DNA from: an uncultured Acidobacteriaceae bacterium
GTDB lineage: Bacteria; Acidobacteriota; Terriglobia; Terriglobales; Acidobacteriaceae
Assembly: GCA_963709385.1 (NCBI GenBank)
Contig: CAVPWD010000012.1
Coordinates: forward strand, 336,989-400,988
Direction: 5' to 3'
Length of the DNA: 64,000 nucleotides
The translations under genes were made by a program, and so were the position numbers. Below, one piece after another: positions 45,864 through 54,560 of this stretch. How positions within the stretch are numbered: the stretch's first letter is position 1; each line of letters opens with the position of its first letter. Below the pieces are notes generated by a model. It was not told the origin of the DNA, made no database searches, and was given only the letters and a program-made list of their open reading frames with translations.

Positions 45864-46577
45864 ATGACTGCCGCGAATACCGCCGATTTTCTTGCGCAAC
45901 TGGAAGCGCGTATTGGGAAATATGACCTGCTTTGCCACCCGTTTTACAAGGCTTGGGACGCCGGCGAACTGACGCGCGACGATCTGCGCGAGTACGCGCA
46001 GGATTACTATCATCACGTCGAAGCGTTTCCTTCTTACCTGGCGACTCTCGGCCTGCGCCTGGAGGAAGGTGAACTGCGGCGCGCCGTGCTGGCCAACATG
46101 TGCGACGAAAAAGGTGTCGAAGGCAAGCCCGGGCGAAAGTCGGTTCCGCACTCCGAGCTTTGGCTCGACTTCGCCGAGGGCATGGGATCGACCCGCAACC
46201 TGGAGTGGCATACTCCGGTAGCGGAGGTTCGACAACTGATTCATCACTTCCATCATGTGGCCAGCGAAGGCTCGCCCGAAGAAGCGCTGGCGGCTTTTTA
46301 TGCCTACGAGTCGCAAGTGCCGCGCATCGCGAAGGAGAAGGAGCGTGGCCTGCGCAGCAAGTACCGCGCCGACGACAAGACCTGCGGCTACTTCACGCTG
46401 CACGCCACCGCTGATGTGGCTCACTCAAAGGTGTGGCGCAATCAGCTTGAGATGCGCGTTGCCACCAACCCCGAGACCGCCAAGCCGGCTCTCGATGCTG
46501 CCGAGCGCGCCGCCCACACCTTGTGGCGGGCGCTGGATGGAATTGAGGCGCGGCGACTGGTAATGACGTCCGCTTAG
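45864..46577 (+). CDS. CADD/PqqC-like heme-oxygenase-fold protein (CADD family, putative folate/pABA metabolism)
   Basis: ORF 45828..46577; ATG at 45864. Pattern YDLLCHPFYKAWDAGELTRDDLREYAQDYYHHVEAFPSYL...HSELWLDFAEGMG. Confidence 0.7.
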   Translation: MTAANTADFLAQLEARIGKYDLLCHPFYKAWDAGELTRDDLREYAQDYYHHVEAFPSYLATLGLRLEEGELRRAVLANMCDEKGVEGKPGRKSVPHSELWLDFAEGMGSTRNLEWHTPVAEVRQLIHHFHHVASEGSPEEALAAFYAYESQVPRIAKEKERGLRSKYRADDKTCGYFTLHATADVAHSKVWRNQLEMRVATNPETAKPALDAAERAAHTLWRALDGIEARRLVMTSA

Positions 46578-46615
46578 GATCGGTGTTCCGGGATTCATTC
46601 AGGCCACATTCTTTC

Positions 46616-46655
46616 GAGCCACTGATTTGGATAAAATCAGTGGCTCATTCGTTTT
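46616..46655 (+). terminator. rho-independent terminator
   Basis: 13-bp perfect stem GAGCCACTGATTT-GGATA-AAATCAGTGGCTC followed by ATTCGTTTT, 39 nt after the stop of the CADD-like gene. Confidence 0.8.
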
Positions 46656-46684
46656 GAAGAGTCTTTTTGGGAGAGTGGACAACT

Positions 46685-47074
46685 GTGGCCAAAGACATTC
46701 CCATCGGCGCGCGCGGCGAGGCCGAAGAGACGGTCGAGTTCAAACACACGCTCACGTCGCACCATCCGGAACTGCCGCCGGTGTATTCGACGCCGGACAT
46801 GATCCGGCTGATGGAGACGGCCGCATTTCGCGCGCTGCAGCCTTTCTGCGAAGGCGACGAGATCACGGTGGGAACGTCGATTCACATCGACCACCGCGCC
46901 GCCAGCGGCGTTGGCGCACACATCAAGGCCGAGGCCGTGTTGGAATCGTTTGACGGCCGCTTCTACACGGTTCGCGTCACGGTCCGCGATGATGACCGCG
47001 AGATCGGCCGCGGCACCGTGGGACGGGCGGTGGTGAGCATCGGAAAATTTGTCGAGAGGATGAAGGGAAAGTGA
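46685..47074 (+). CDS. hotdog-fold thioesterase (FlK-like family)
   Basis: ORF 46667..47074. GTG at 46685 lies 9 nt after GGGAGAG. Pattern VYSTPDMIRLMETAA...GTSIHIDHRAASGVG...GRFYTVRV. Confidence 0.65.
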   Translation: MAKDIPIGARGEAEETVEFKHTLTSHHPELPPVYSTPDMIRLMETAAFRALQPFCEGDEITVGTSIHIDHRAASGVGAHIKAEAVLESFDGRFYTVRVTVRDDDREIGRGTVGRAVVSIGKFVERMKGK

Positions 47075-47102
47075 GTCCCGAGAACTGAGAACTGGAAACT
47101 CC

Positions 47103-47561
47103 ATCCTGATCGGCGTCATCTCCGATACCCACGGCCTGCTTCGTCCCGAGGCGATCGAGGCGCTGCGCGGGTCGGATCACATCATTCACGCGGGCGATGT
47201 TGGCGACCGTGCCACACTTGATCAGCTTGCCGCCATCGCGCCGCTGACCGCAATCCGCGGAAATGTCGATACGGCTCCGTGGGCTCGCGAGCTTCCCGAA
47301 ACTGAAGTTGTCGAGACTGGCGGCATTTCCATTTACGTGCTGCACGACATAGCTCGGCTGGATCTGAAGCCTGCGGCCGCGGGATTTCGAGTTGTGATCT
47401 TCGGGCATAGCCACGTCCCCAAACAGGAAACGCGCGACGGCGTGCTCTACTTCAATCCCGGCAGCGCGGGTCCGCGGGGGTTTAAATTGCCGGTCAGTGT
47501 TGGGCGGGTGACGATTAGGCAAGAACGGATAGCAGCGGAAATTCTTGTGTTGAGCGTGTGA
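47103..47561 (+). CDS. YfcE/MJ0936-type metallophosphoesterase; no canonical start codon upstream of the catalytic motif
   Basis: The frame is open from 47064 and encodes ILIGVISDTHG...HAGDV...RGNVD...VIFGHSH. The first ATG/GTG/TTG in frame is GTG 47337. The start coordinate is a guess (ATC 47103 or CTG 47106). Confidence 0.55.
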   Translation: MLIGVISDTHGLLRPEAIEALRGSDHIIHAGDVGDRATLDQLAAIAPLTAIRGNVDTAPWARELPETEVVETGGISIYVLHDIARLDLKPAAAGFRVVIFGHSHVPKQETRDGVLYFNPGSAGPRGFKLPVSVGRVTIRQERIAAEILVLSV

Positions 47562-47683
47562 TAAATCACGTAGCCCGGACGCATGATCCAGCGGCACGCT
47601 TTTGACTTCCGAGCGGGCGCTCGTTGCGCGGACGAAGGCGTCGGCCGCTCCACGGCGATTGCGGTTGCTACAATCGCAATCGG

Positions 47684-48895
47684 ATGTCGCTGCAATTTCA
47701 GATTGAAAAGACTGCCGGCTCTGCCCGCCTCGGGCGCCTGATCACGGCGCATGCGGTGATCGAGACGCCGGTGTTTATGCCGGTCGGGACCGTGGCGTCG
47801 GTCAAGGGCGTGTCTCAGGACATTCTGGAAGAACTGGGCGCGCAGATTATTCTCGGCAATACCTATCACCTCTACCTGCGGCCCGGCATCGATACGGTGC
47901 GGAAGATGGGCGGGCTGCATGGGTTCATGGCGTGGCGGCGGGCGATCCTGACGGACTCCGGCGGGTTCCAGGTCTTCAGCCTCAACGAACTGCGCAAGGT
48001 CAGCGAAGAGGGCGTGACGTTTCGTTCGCACCTGGATGGGTCTTCTCACTTCTTCAGCCCGGAGAGCGCGATGCAGGCGCAGATCGGGCTGGGCGCCGAC
48101 ATCATCATGGCGTTCGATGAATGCACGGAGTATCCGGCGGATCGCGCGCGGATGCGGGATTCCATGGAGATGACCGCGCGCTGGGCGGCGCGCAGCAAGA
48201 AATATTTCGAAGAGCATAAGCATGAAGTGCCGTGGAACCAGGGGCTAGGGGCCAGTGGCCAGGGATCAGGAGATCAGGGGCCAGAGGCTCCGGCTAATCC
48301 CTTGCCCCTAGCCCCTAGCCCCTCGACCCAATCTCTCTTCGGCATCGTGCAGGGCGGGATGGATCGCGAGTTGCGAAGAGAGTCCGCCGAGCGGACGGTT
48401 GAAATCGGATTTCCCGGCTATGCAATTGGCGGACTCAGCGTGGGTGAGCCGCGCGAGCTTACGCGCGAGATGGTCGAATCCACGCTGGAGCACCTTCCCT
48501 CGGACAAGCCACGTTATGTGATGGGCGTGGGTACGCCGGAAGAAATTGTCGAGTATGCCAGCCTGGGCGTGGACATGATGGATTGCGTCCTGCCGACGCG
48601 GGCGGCGCGGCACGGGCTGCTGTTTACGTCGGAGGGCAAGGTTTCGATCAAGCAAGCGCGCTACGCCCAGGATGCGGGGCCGCTCGACCCGAATTGCTCC
48701 TGCCGGGTGTGCCATCGCTATTCGCGAGCATATTTACGTCATCTCTATGCTTCTAATGAAGTTCTGGCGCAGGTCCTGAACACGATCCACAACCTGAGTT
48801 TCTACCTTGACACTATGCGGCGGGTGCGGCATTCTATCTCACTTGGGGAAGAGGCTCGTTTTCTTTCGAGTGTATGGTCTCTACCGAAACCGTAG
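47684..48895 (+). CDS. tgt: queuine tRNA-ribosyltransferase
   Basis: ORF 47624..48895; ATG at 47684. Motifs TPVFMPVGT, LTDSGGFQVFS and GYAIGGLSVGEP, plus zinc site CSCRVC...H. Confidence 0.95.
   Translation: MSLQFQIEKTAGSARLGRLITAHAVIETPVFMPVGTVASVKGVSQDILEELGAQIILGNTYHLYLRPGIDTVRKMGGLHGFMAWRRAILTDSGGFQVFSLNELRKVSEEGVTFRSHLDGSSHFFSPESAMQAQIGLGADIIMAFDECTEYPADRARMRDSMEMTARWAARSKKYFEEHKHEVPWNQGLGASGQGSGDQGPEAPANPLPLAPSPSTQSLFGIVQGGMDRELRRESAERTVEIGFPGYAIGGLSVGEPRELTREMVESTLEHLPSDKPRYVMGVGTPEEIVEYASLGVDMMDCVLPTRAARHGLLFTSEGKVSIKQARYAQDAGPLDPNCSCRVCHRYSRAYLRHLYASNEVLAQVLNTIHNLSFYLDTMRRVRHSISLGEEARFLSSVWSLPKP
48241..48323. repeat. inverted GGGGCYA / TAGCCCC heptamer arrays embedded in frame in tgt
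   Basis: GGGGCTA GGGGCCA GTGGCCA GGGATCA GGAGATCA GGGGCCA ... TAATCCC TTGCCCC TAGCCCC TAGCCCC. Confidence 0.75.
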
Positions 48896-49044
48896 ACGGC
48901 TTAACCGCCTTCCCCGGATGCAAGCCTGAAAGCTGAAGGAACCCGGCCGAAGTCGATCCAAACCCCGTGGTGAAATAACAGCTCCCGTCAGTGGCGGGCG
49001 TTTTTTCGCGGACACATCCGCCCAGACTTTTTGAATAGGTCCGC

Positions 49045-49386
49045 TTGAATATGCACGTTTCAAATATGCAGGCTCTATTTTTATTGCAGGCACCGAGTGG
49101 TGGTGGCGGCATGTCGCTGCTGATCATGTTCGTGCCCATGATCGCCATTTTTTACTTTCTTCTGATCATGCCCCAGCAACGCCGCCAGAAAAAATGGCAG
49201 GCCATGCTCGACCAGTTGAAGACGGGCGATAAGGTTACGACCAGCGGCGGGTTGCGGGGAACGATCATTGCCCTGAAAGATGACGCGGTGCATCTGCGCC
49301 TGCCGCCCGACAATCTGCGGGTGGAAGTGACCAAGGCCTCGGTCATGCAGGTGACCACGGTCGAAGACGAAGTGAAGACGAAGTGA
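49045..49386 (+). CDS. yajC: preprotein translocase subunit YajC
   Basis: TM helix followed by the PQQRRQKKWQAMLDQLKTGDKVTTSGGLRGTI pattern. The start could be 49045, 49051 or 49066. Confidence 0.85.
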   Translation: MNMHVSNMQALFLLQAPSGGGGMSLLIMFVPMIAIFYFLLIMPQQRRQKKWQAMLDQLKTGDKVTTSGGLRGTIIALKDDAVHLRLPPDNLRVEVTKASVMQVTTVEDEVKTK

Positions 49387-49388
49387 AA

Positions 49389-49481
49389 CAGTTGCCAGCG
49401 GCCGGTTGTCAGTTGCCAGTGTTTGGCCAACGGCAGCTCATGGTTGTGACTGGCAACTGGCAACAGACAACTGGCAACTGG
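49389..49481. repeat. inverted CAGTTGC / TGGCAAC heptamer arrays in the yajC-secD gap
   Basis: CAGTTGC CAGCGGC CGGTTGT CAGTTGC CAGTG, then a 26-nt loop, then GAC TGGCAAC TGGCAAC AGACAAC TGGCAAC TGG. Confidence 0.8.
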
Positions 49482-49489
49482 TTCTCATC

Positions 49490-51103
49490 ATGACTAAGAA
49501 TTATCTCTGGAAACTCGGACTCATCCTCGGCACGCTGCTGTTTTTCCTGTTCGGAATCTTTGGGATTCCGCAGAGCTTTTCCGGCGCCGGCCTGCTTGAT
49601 GCCATGACCAAGCGCATTAATCTTGGCCTCGATCTGAAGGGTGGGACGCACCTGATTCTGCAGGTGCAGGTCAATGACGCAGTCAACGTAGATGCGCAGA
49701 ACGCCATTGAAATCCTGAAGCAGCAACTGCGCAATCGCAAGATCGACTACACCGATATTACCCAGCCCGACCAGCAGAATAATCCCGATCACATCGTGCT
49801 AAAGGGCGTCCAGGCCGGTTCCCGCACCGACCTGCTGAGCATTGTGTCAGATCGTCTGCCCGAGTATGACATCACCGGCGGAGCGGAAAATTCGTGGAAC
49901 ATTTCGATGAAGCCGCAACTGCTTTCCGAGTTGAAAGACAAAGCGGTGACGCAGGCGATCGAGACCATCCGCAACCGCATTGACGCTCTCGGTGTGAGTG
50001 AGCCCACGATCCAGCCGCACGGATTGGGGCAGTACCAGATTCTTGTGCAACTGCCCGGCGTGGACGATCCGCAACGCGTGAAGGACATTATGCAGTCCAC
50101 CGCGATGCTCGAGATCAAGCAGTCGCTGGGTGGGCCGTATCCCAGCGAGCAGGCGGCCATGCAGGCAAATAACGGCGTTCTGCCCGCGGATTCGATGCTG
50201 ATGCCGGGGCACAGCATGCCCGGCGACCCCGAAGGGCAGGCCTGGTACCTGGTGTCGCGAGTCTCGGCAGTGAGCGGAAAAGACCTGCGCGACGCGCAGC
50301 CCAACCGGGATCAGAATGGCCAGCCCAGTGTGACCTTCACCCTGACCAGCGAAGGCGGACAGCGATTTTACGGCTTTACCTCCAATCACGTGGGCGACAG
50401 CCTGGCCGTGGTGCTCGACAACAAAGTGCAGGAAGTCGCCAACATCAAGGAAGCGATCCGCGACCAGGGCTCGATCAGCGGTGGGCACATGAGCGAGCAG
50501 CAATCGAAGGATCTTTCCATGATCCTGCGTTCCGGCGCGCTCCCGGCCGGGATCAAGTATCTGGAAGAGCGTACCGTCGGTCCGTCGCTGGGAACAGATT
50601 CCATCCGCGCGGGCGTGCGCGCCGCAGTTGCGGGCATGGCCGCCGTGCTGATCTTCATGCTCATTTATTACCGCGGGGCCGGCATTAATGCCGACGTGGC
50701 GCTCATTCTGAATCTTGTCATCCTGCTGGGATTCATGGGCTATTTCGGTGCAGTGCTCACGTTGCCCGGAATTGCCGGCGTGATTCTGACGGTTGGTATG
50801 GGCGTCGACTCCAATGTGCTGATTTTCGAACGCATCCGCGAAGAATTGCGCAATGGCAAGACGCCGCCTTCGGCAGTGGATCAGGGATTCAGCCACGCCT
50901 GGATCACCATCGTGGATACGCACGTTACGACGATTGTTTCGGCCGCAATTCTGTTCCTGTTCGGAACCGGCCCCGTACGCGGATTCGCCACCACTCTGAC
51001 TTTCGGCCTGCTGGCAAACCTGTTCACGGCCGTATTCGTGTCGCGCGTGATCTTCGATTGGGGTCTTGAGCGGAAAGAGCGCGGCGAAGCGCTGAGCATT
51101 TAG
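49490..51103 (+). CDS. secD: protein translocase subunit SecD
   Basis: ORF 49406..51103. ATG at 49490 (MTKNYLWKLGLILGTLLFF). Pattern LGLDLKGG plus the C-terminal 6-TM SecD/SecF domain. Confidence 0.95.
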   Translation: MTKNYLWKLGLILGTLLFFLFGIFGIPQSFSGAGLLDAMTKRINLGLDLKGGTHLILQVQVNDAVNVDAQNAIEILKQQLRNRKIDYTDITQPDQQNNPDHIVLKGVQAGSRTDLLSIVSDRLPEYDITGGAENSWNISMKPQLLSELKDKAVTQAIETIRNRIDALGVSEPTIQPHGLGQYQILVQLPGVDDPQRVKDIMQSTAMLEIKQSLGGPYPSEQAAMQANNGVLPADSMLMPGHSMPGDPEGQAWYLVSRVSAVSGKDLRDAQPNRDQNGQPSVTFTLTSEGGQRFYGFTSNHVGDSLAVVLDNKVQEVANIKEAIRDQGSISGGHMSEQQSKDLSMILRSGALPAGIKYLEERTVGPSLGTDSIRAGVRAAVAGMAAVLIFMLIYYRGAGINADVALILNLVILLGFMGYFGAVLTLPGIAGVILTVGMGVDSNVLIFERIREELRNGKTPPSAVDQGFSHAWITIVDTHVTTIVSAAILFLFGTGPVRGFATTLTFGLLANLFTAVFVSRVIFDWGLERKERGEALSI

Positions 51104-51104
51104 G

Positions 51105-51196
51105 AATTGAGCCATTGAGCGATTGGATCATTGAGCGATTGAAAAACTATTTAGTTTTCAATCACCCAATAACGCAATCGGCAAATCACGCAATTC
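51105..51196. repeat. inverted heptamer arrays (..ATTGAGC.. / ..CAATC..) in the secD-secF gap
   Basis: AATTGAGCCATTGAGCGATTGGATCATTGAGCGATTGAAAAA, then an 8-nt loop, then TTTTCAATCACCCAATAACGCAATCGGCAAATCACGCAATTC. About 29 of 41 positions are complementary by my hand alignment. Confidence 0.75.
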
Positions 51197-51234
51197 AAGC
51201 TAAGTCATAGATAGATAAGGGGCTAGACAAACCG

Positions 51235-52419
51235 GTGGAGTTCTTTCGCAATACCAACATAGATTTTCTCGGGAAAAAGTGGTATTTTCTCGCCTTTTCG
51301 CTGCTCTTTAGCGTGGCCGGCGTGTTTTCCATGCTGTTCTGGCACCACATTCCTTGGGGTGTGGATTTCCGGGGCGGCACGCTGGTGTATGTGAAGTTTT
51401 CCCATACGCCTGACGACAATGCAATCCGCGCGGCGCTGGATCGCGCGGGCCTGCACGATGCCAAGAATCAGCGCTTCGGCGACGTGGCGAATAACGAACG
51501 GCTGATTGACCTTGACGTGCGCGAAACCAACGAGCAGGCGCTCGATCAAGGCAAGTTGAACATCATCAAGGCGCTGGAGAGTAATGCACCGGCAGGCAAG
51601 ACCGACCTGAACAACGCCAGCTCTTTGACAATCAAGAACTATCTGATGGATAAAGATCCGCTGCATCTGGGTTCTGACGCCAATCAGAAATACGCGGCGC
51701 AAGGGCAAGCCGTGGCGGATTACCGCGACAAATCGGCTGGCGGCGTGCTCAGCTCGCTGGATCAGTTGAAGGGCGCGGCGGGCGTCGATCCGGCGGTTGC
51801 CGCGTCATTGAGCGACGGATTCTTCCTTTCCGATTTCGGGGTACGCGACGTGGCGATTGTGGGCCCCCAAGTGGGGTCGCAGTTGCAGCGGCAGGCGGCC
51901 ATGGCGACGATTTATTCGCTGGCCGGGATGCTGGTTTACCTGGGGTTCCGGTTTGAGTGGATTTACGGGGTGGCGGCTGTCATCACCGTGTTCCACGATA
52001 CTTTGATCACGGTAGGTGCGTTTTCGCTGTTGAAAGAGGATATTTCGCTGACCGTGATCGCGGCCATCCTGACCTTGATTGGTTACTCTAATAACGACAC
52101 GATCGTGGTATTTGACCGCATCCGGGAAAACATTAAACTCATGCGGCGCGAGAAACTGTCGGATATCGTAAATCGGAGTATAAATCAGACTCTGAGCAGA
52201 ACGATCTTGACAGCGGGCCTCACCTTCCTTACCGTACTCGCACTCTTTTTATTCGGCGGCGAGGTGCTTCGTGGATTCAGCCTCGCGCTGGTAATTGGCA
52301 TTCTGATTGGAACGTATTCTTCGATTGCCATTGCGGCACCGATCCTGGTGGCATATCAGGACTGGCGGATTGAAAGAGGCAAGCGTCCGGTGGCGATGCC
52401 TGCAGGCAGGGGTCGATAG
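51235..52419 (+). CDS. secF: protein translocase subunit SecF
   Basis: GTG start after AAGGGG. Pattern FLGKKWYFLAFSLLFS..GVDFRGGT, and the C-terminal SecF TM domain. Confidence 0.95.
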   Translation: MEFFRNTNIDFLGKKWYFLAFSLLFSVAGVFSMLFWHHIPWGVDFRGGTLVYVKFSHTPDDNAIRAALDRAGLHDAKNQRFGDVANNERLIDLDVRETNEQALDQGKLNIIKALESNAPAGKTDLNNASSLTIKNYLMDKDPLHLGSDANQKYAAQGQAVADYRDKSAGGVLSSLDQLKGAAGVDPAVAASLSDGFFLSDFGVRDVAIVGPQVGSQLQRQAAMATIYSLAGMLVYLGFRFEWIYGVAAVITVFHDTLITVGAFSLLKEDISLTVIAAILTLIGYSNNDTIVVFDRIRENIKLMRREKLSDIVNRSINQTLSRTILTAGLTFLTVLALFLFGGEVLRGFSLALVIGILIGTYSSIAIAAPILVAYQDWRIERGKRPVAMPAGRGR

Positions 52420-52611
52420 GCAGAGTCGGTAGATTACCTGATGGTGCGGTTGTCATACTTGCAGTAGGCCTTCTTATGTAAGGGGTTAGAAGGGTTTGCT
52501 GGACCCGCTTTTGGGGCTTGGGTGGCTCGAAGAACGGGCGAGGAAACTGGGAGCAAAGGGGAAGCAGTCGGTGTCTAAGGTTCCGTAGGGTCTGAAGTAG
52601 GGGAGAATCAC

Positions 52612-53352
52612 ATGTTTGAAGACAGTCTTATCGAGTCCGGCGGCAGGCTGAAAACGAAGCGGGGATGGACGTCCCTGGTTTCGTTCATGATTCAGTGCGG
52701 GATCATTGGGGTCATGGTTCTGATCCCGCTGATTTTCACGGATGCCTTGCCGAAGACGCAGTTGATGACCTTTCTGGTGGCCCCCCCGCCGCCACCGCCG
52801 CCACCGCCACCTGCAGCCGCTCCGGTGCATGTCGTGAAAGTGATTCAGACCGACATCATCAATGGCGAGCTGCGCACTCCGACCAAAATTCCGAAAAAGA
52901 TCGAGATGATCAAAGAGGACGAAGCGCCACCGCCGGTGATGGCATCGACAGGCGTGGTGGGCGGCGTTCCGGGCGGCGTTCCGGGTGGATCGATGGGCGG
53001 CGTGATGGGCAGCGTGCTCAGCGGGATTCCCGTTGCCGTGCCGAAGATCGCTACTCCGCAGCGCATTCGCGTTTCCTCCGGCGTGAGCACCGGTATGCTC
53101 ATCCGGAAGACGCAGCCGGTCTATCCGCCGCTGGCGCGCCAGGCGCGCATTCAGGGCGTAGTAGTCCTGCAGGCGCAGATCAGCAAGGACGGCAGCATCC
53201 AGAACCTGCAGTTGATCAGCGGGCATCCGATGCTGGCGCCAGCCGCGATTGAAGCTGTGAAGCAGTGGAAGTACAAGCCCTACCTGCTGAACGGAGAGCC
53301 GGTCGAGGTTGAAACACAGGTGCAAGTGAACTTCACGCTTTCCGGGGGTTAG
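52612..53352 (+). CDS. tonB: energy transducer TonB
   Basis: N-terminal TM helix, poly-Pro linker (APPPPPPPPPPAAAP) and C-terminal TonB domain (YPPLARQARIQGVVVLQAQISKDGSI). Confidence 0.85.
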   Translation: MFEDSLIESGGRLKTKRGWTSLVSFMIQCGIIGVMVLIPLIFTDALPKTQLMTFLVAPPPPPPPPPPAAAPVHVVKVIQTDIINGELRTPTKIPKKIEMIKEDEAPPPVMASTGVVGGVPGGVPGGSMGGVMGSVLSGIPVAVPKIATPQRIRVSSGVSTGMLIRKTQPVYPPLARQARIQGVVVLQAQISKDGSIQNLQLISGHPMLAPAAIEAVKQWKYKPYLLNGEPVEVETQVQVNFTLSGG

Positions 53353-53668
53353 ACTCCACGGAAGCAGCGTGAACGGAAGTTTCTGAGTACAAGTGTGTGC
53401 GTTGGCCCTCCCCTTCCCACCAAAATGCGGTGGCCGGGAGCGGTTTTTAGAAGCTCGGACGTGGCCGCCGTACCTTAAGGTTCCTTCATTCAGGGTTCCT
53501 CATCCGGTATGGGCTGTCGCGCCCGGGCATTTGCAGCGTATAGCCGCAAATGCTGGAGTTTTTCGTTTCCTCCAGCGGCGGGCACAGAAAAGTGCATCAA
53601 AGTGTCTAAGTACAAGAGCAGGGTGTTTAGGTAGAAGCAGGGAATTTCCGAGGAGGGAAAAGCAACTC

Positions 53669-54427
53669 ATGTTAGCAGCTCACGCAGGCGCAATTCTCAG
53701 TCACGTTCACGTCGCAGCCACCTGGATCGCTCAGGAAGGCGGCGGCGCCATGGCGACCGACCCGCTTGGTTTGTGGAAAGCAATGGGCTGGGTCGCTCGA
53801 ACCGTAGTTATCATTCTCTTCATCATGTCGGGCTGGTCGATCGGCGTGATGATCGATCGCTGGATGGCCTACAGCGCGGCTCGCAAACAATCGCGCGCTT
53901 TCGCTCCGGCCGTGGCCGGCGCTCTGCGCGATGGCCGCATCGACGAAGCCATCAAGGTTGCCGAGCGCAACAAGAAGAGCCATCTGGCCAAGGTTGTCAC
54001 CGCAGGCCTGATGGAGTTCAAGGCTCACCAGGATTCTCCGGGTGCAATCCCTGGCGAGACCATTGAAGCCTCCAAGCGCGCTCTGGAACGCACCGAAGCC
54101 ATCGTCCACGCGGAATTGAAGCGTGGACTGGGCGGCCTCGCCACCATCGGATCGACCGCCCCGTTCGTGGGACTGTTCGGAACGGTGATGGGCATTCTGA
54201 ACGCGTTCATCGGCATCAACAACTCGAAGGCCACCGGTCTGGCTGCAGTCGCCGGCGGTATCGCGGAAGCGCTGGTTACGACGGCCATCGGGCTGCTCGT
54301 CGCCATCCCGGCCGTCATGATGTTCAACTATCTGACCGGCCGCGTGGAAGCGTTCGACGTCGAAATGGATAACTCGTCGAGCGAACTGATCGATTACTTC
54401 CTGAAGAAACGCGGCGATCGCCGGTAA
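53669..54427 (+). CDS. exbB: MotA/TolQ/ExbB proton channel protein
   Basis: ORF 53393..54427. ATG at 53669 follows GAGGAGGG. Pattern GLGGLATIGSTAPFVGLFGTVMGI. Confidence 0.9.
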   Translation: MLAAHAGAILSHVHVAATWIAQEGGGAMATDPLGLWKAMGWVARTVVIILFIMSGWSIGVMIDRWMAYSAARKQSRAFAPAVAGALRDGRIDEAIKVAERNKKSHLAKVVTAGLMEFKAHQDSPGAIPGETIEASKRALERTEAIVHAELKRGLGGLATIGSTAPFVGLFGTVMGILNAFIGINNSKATGLAAVAGGIAEALVTTAIGLLVAIPAVMMFNYLTGRVEAFDVEMDNSSSELIDYFLKKRGDRR

Positions 54428-54560
54428 GACAGGTCGGATTTTTCTGCCGTGAGTTGCGTCCGGCGCTGGACCGTTCCGGTGCCGGACATTCCCAACTCCG
54501 CGCAGGATCCGGCATGATCGAGTACCGCTTCACGGTTGGAAGCACGGGAGATTTCAAGCT

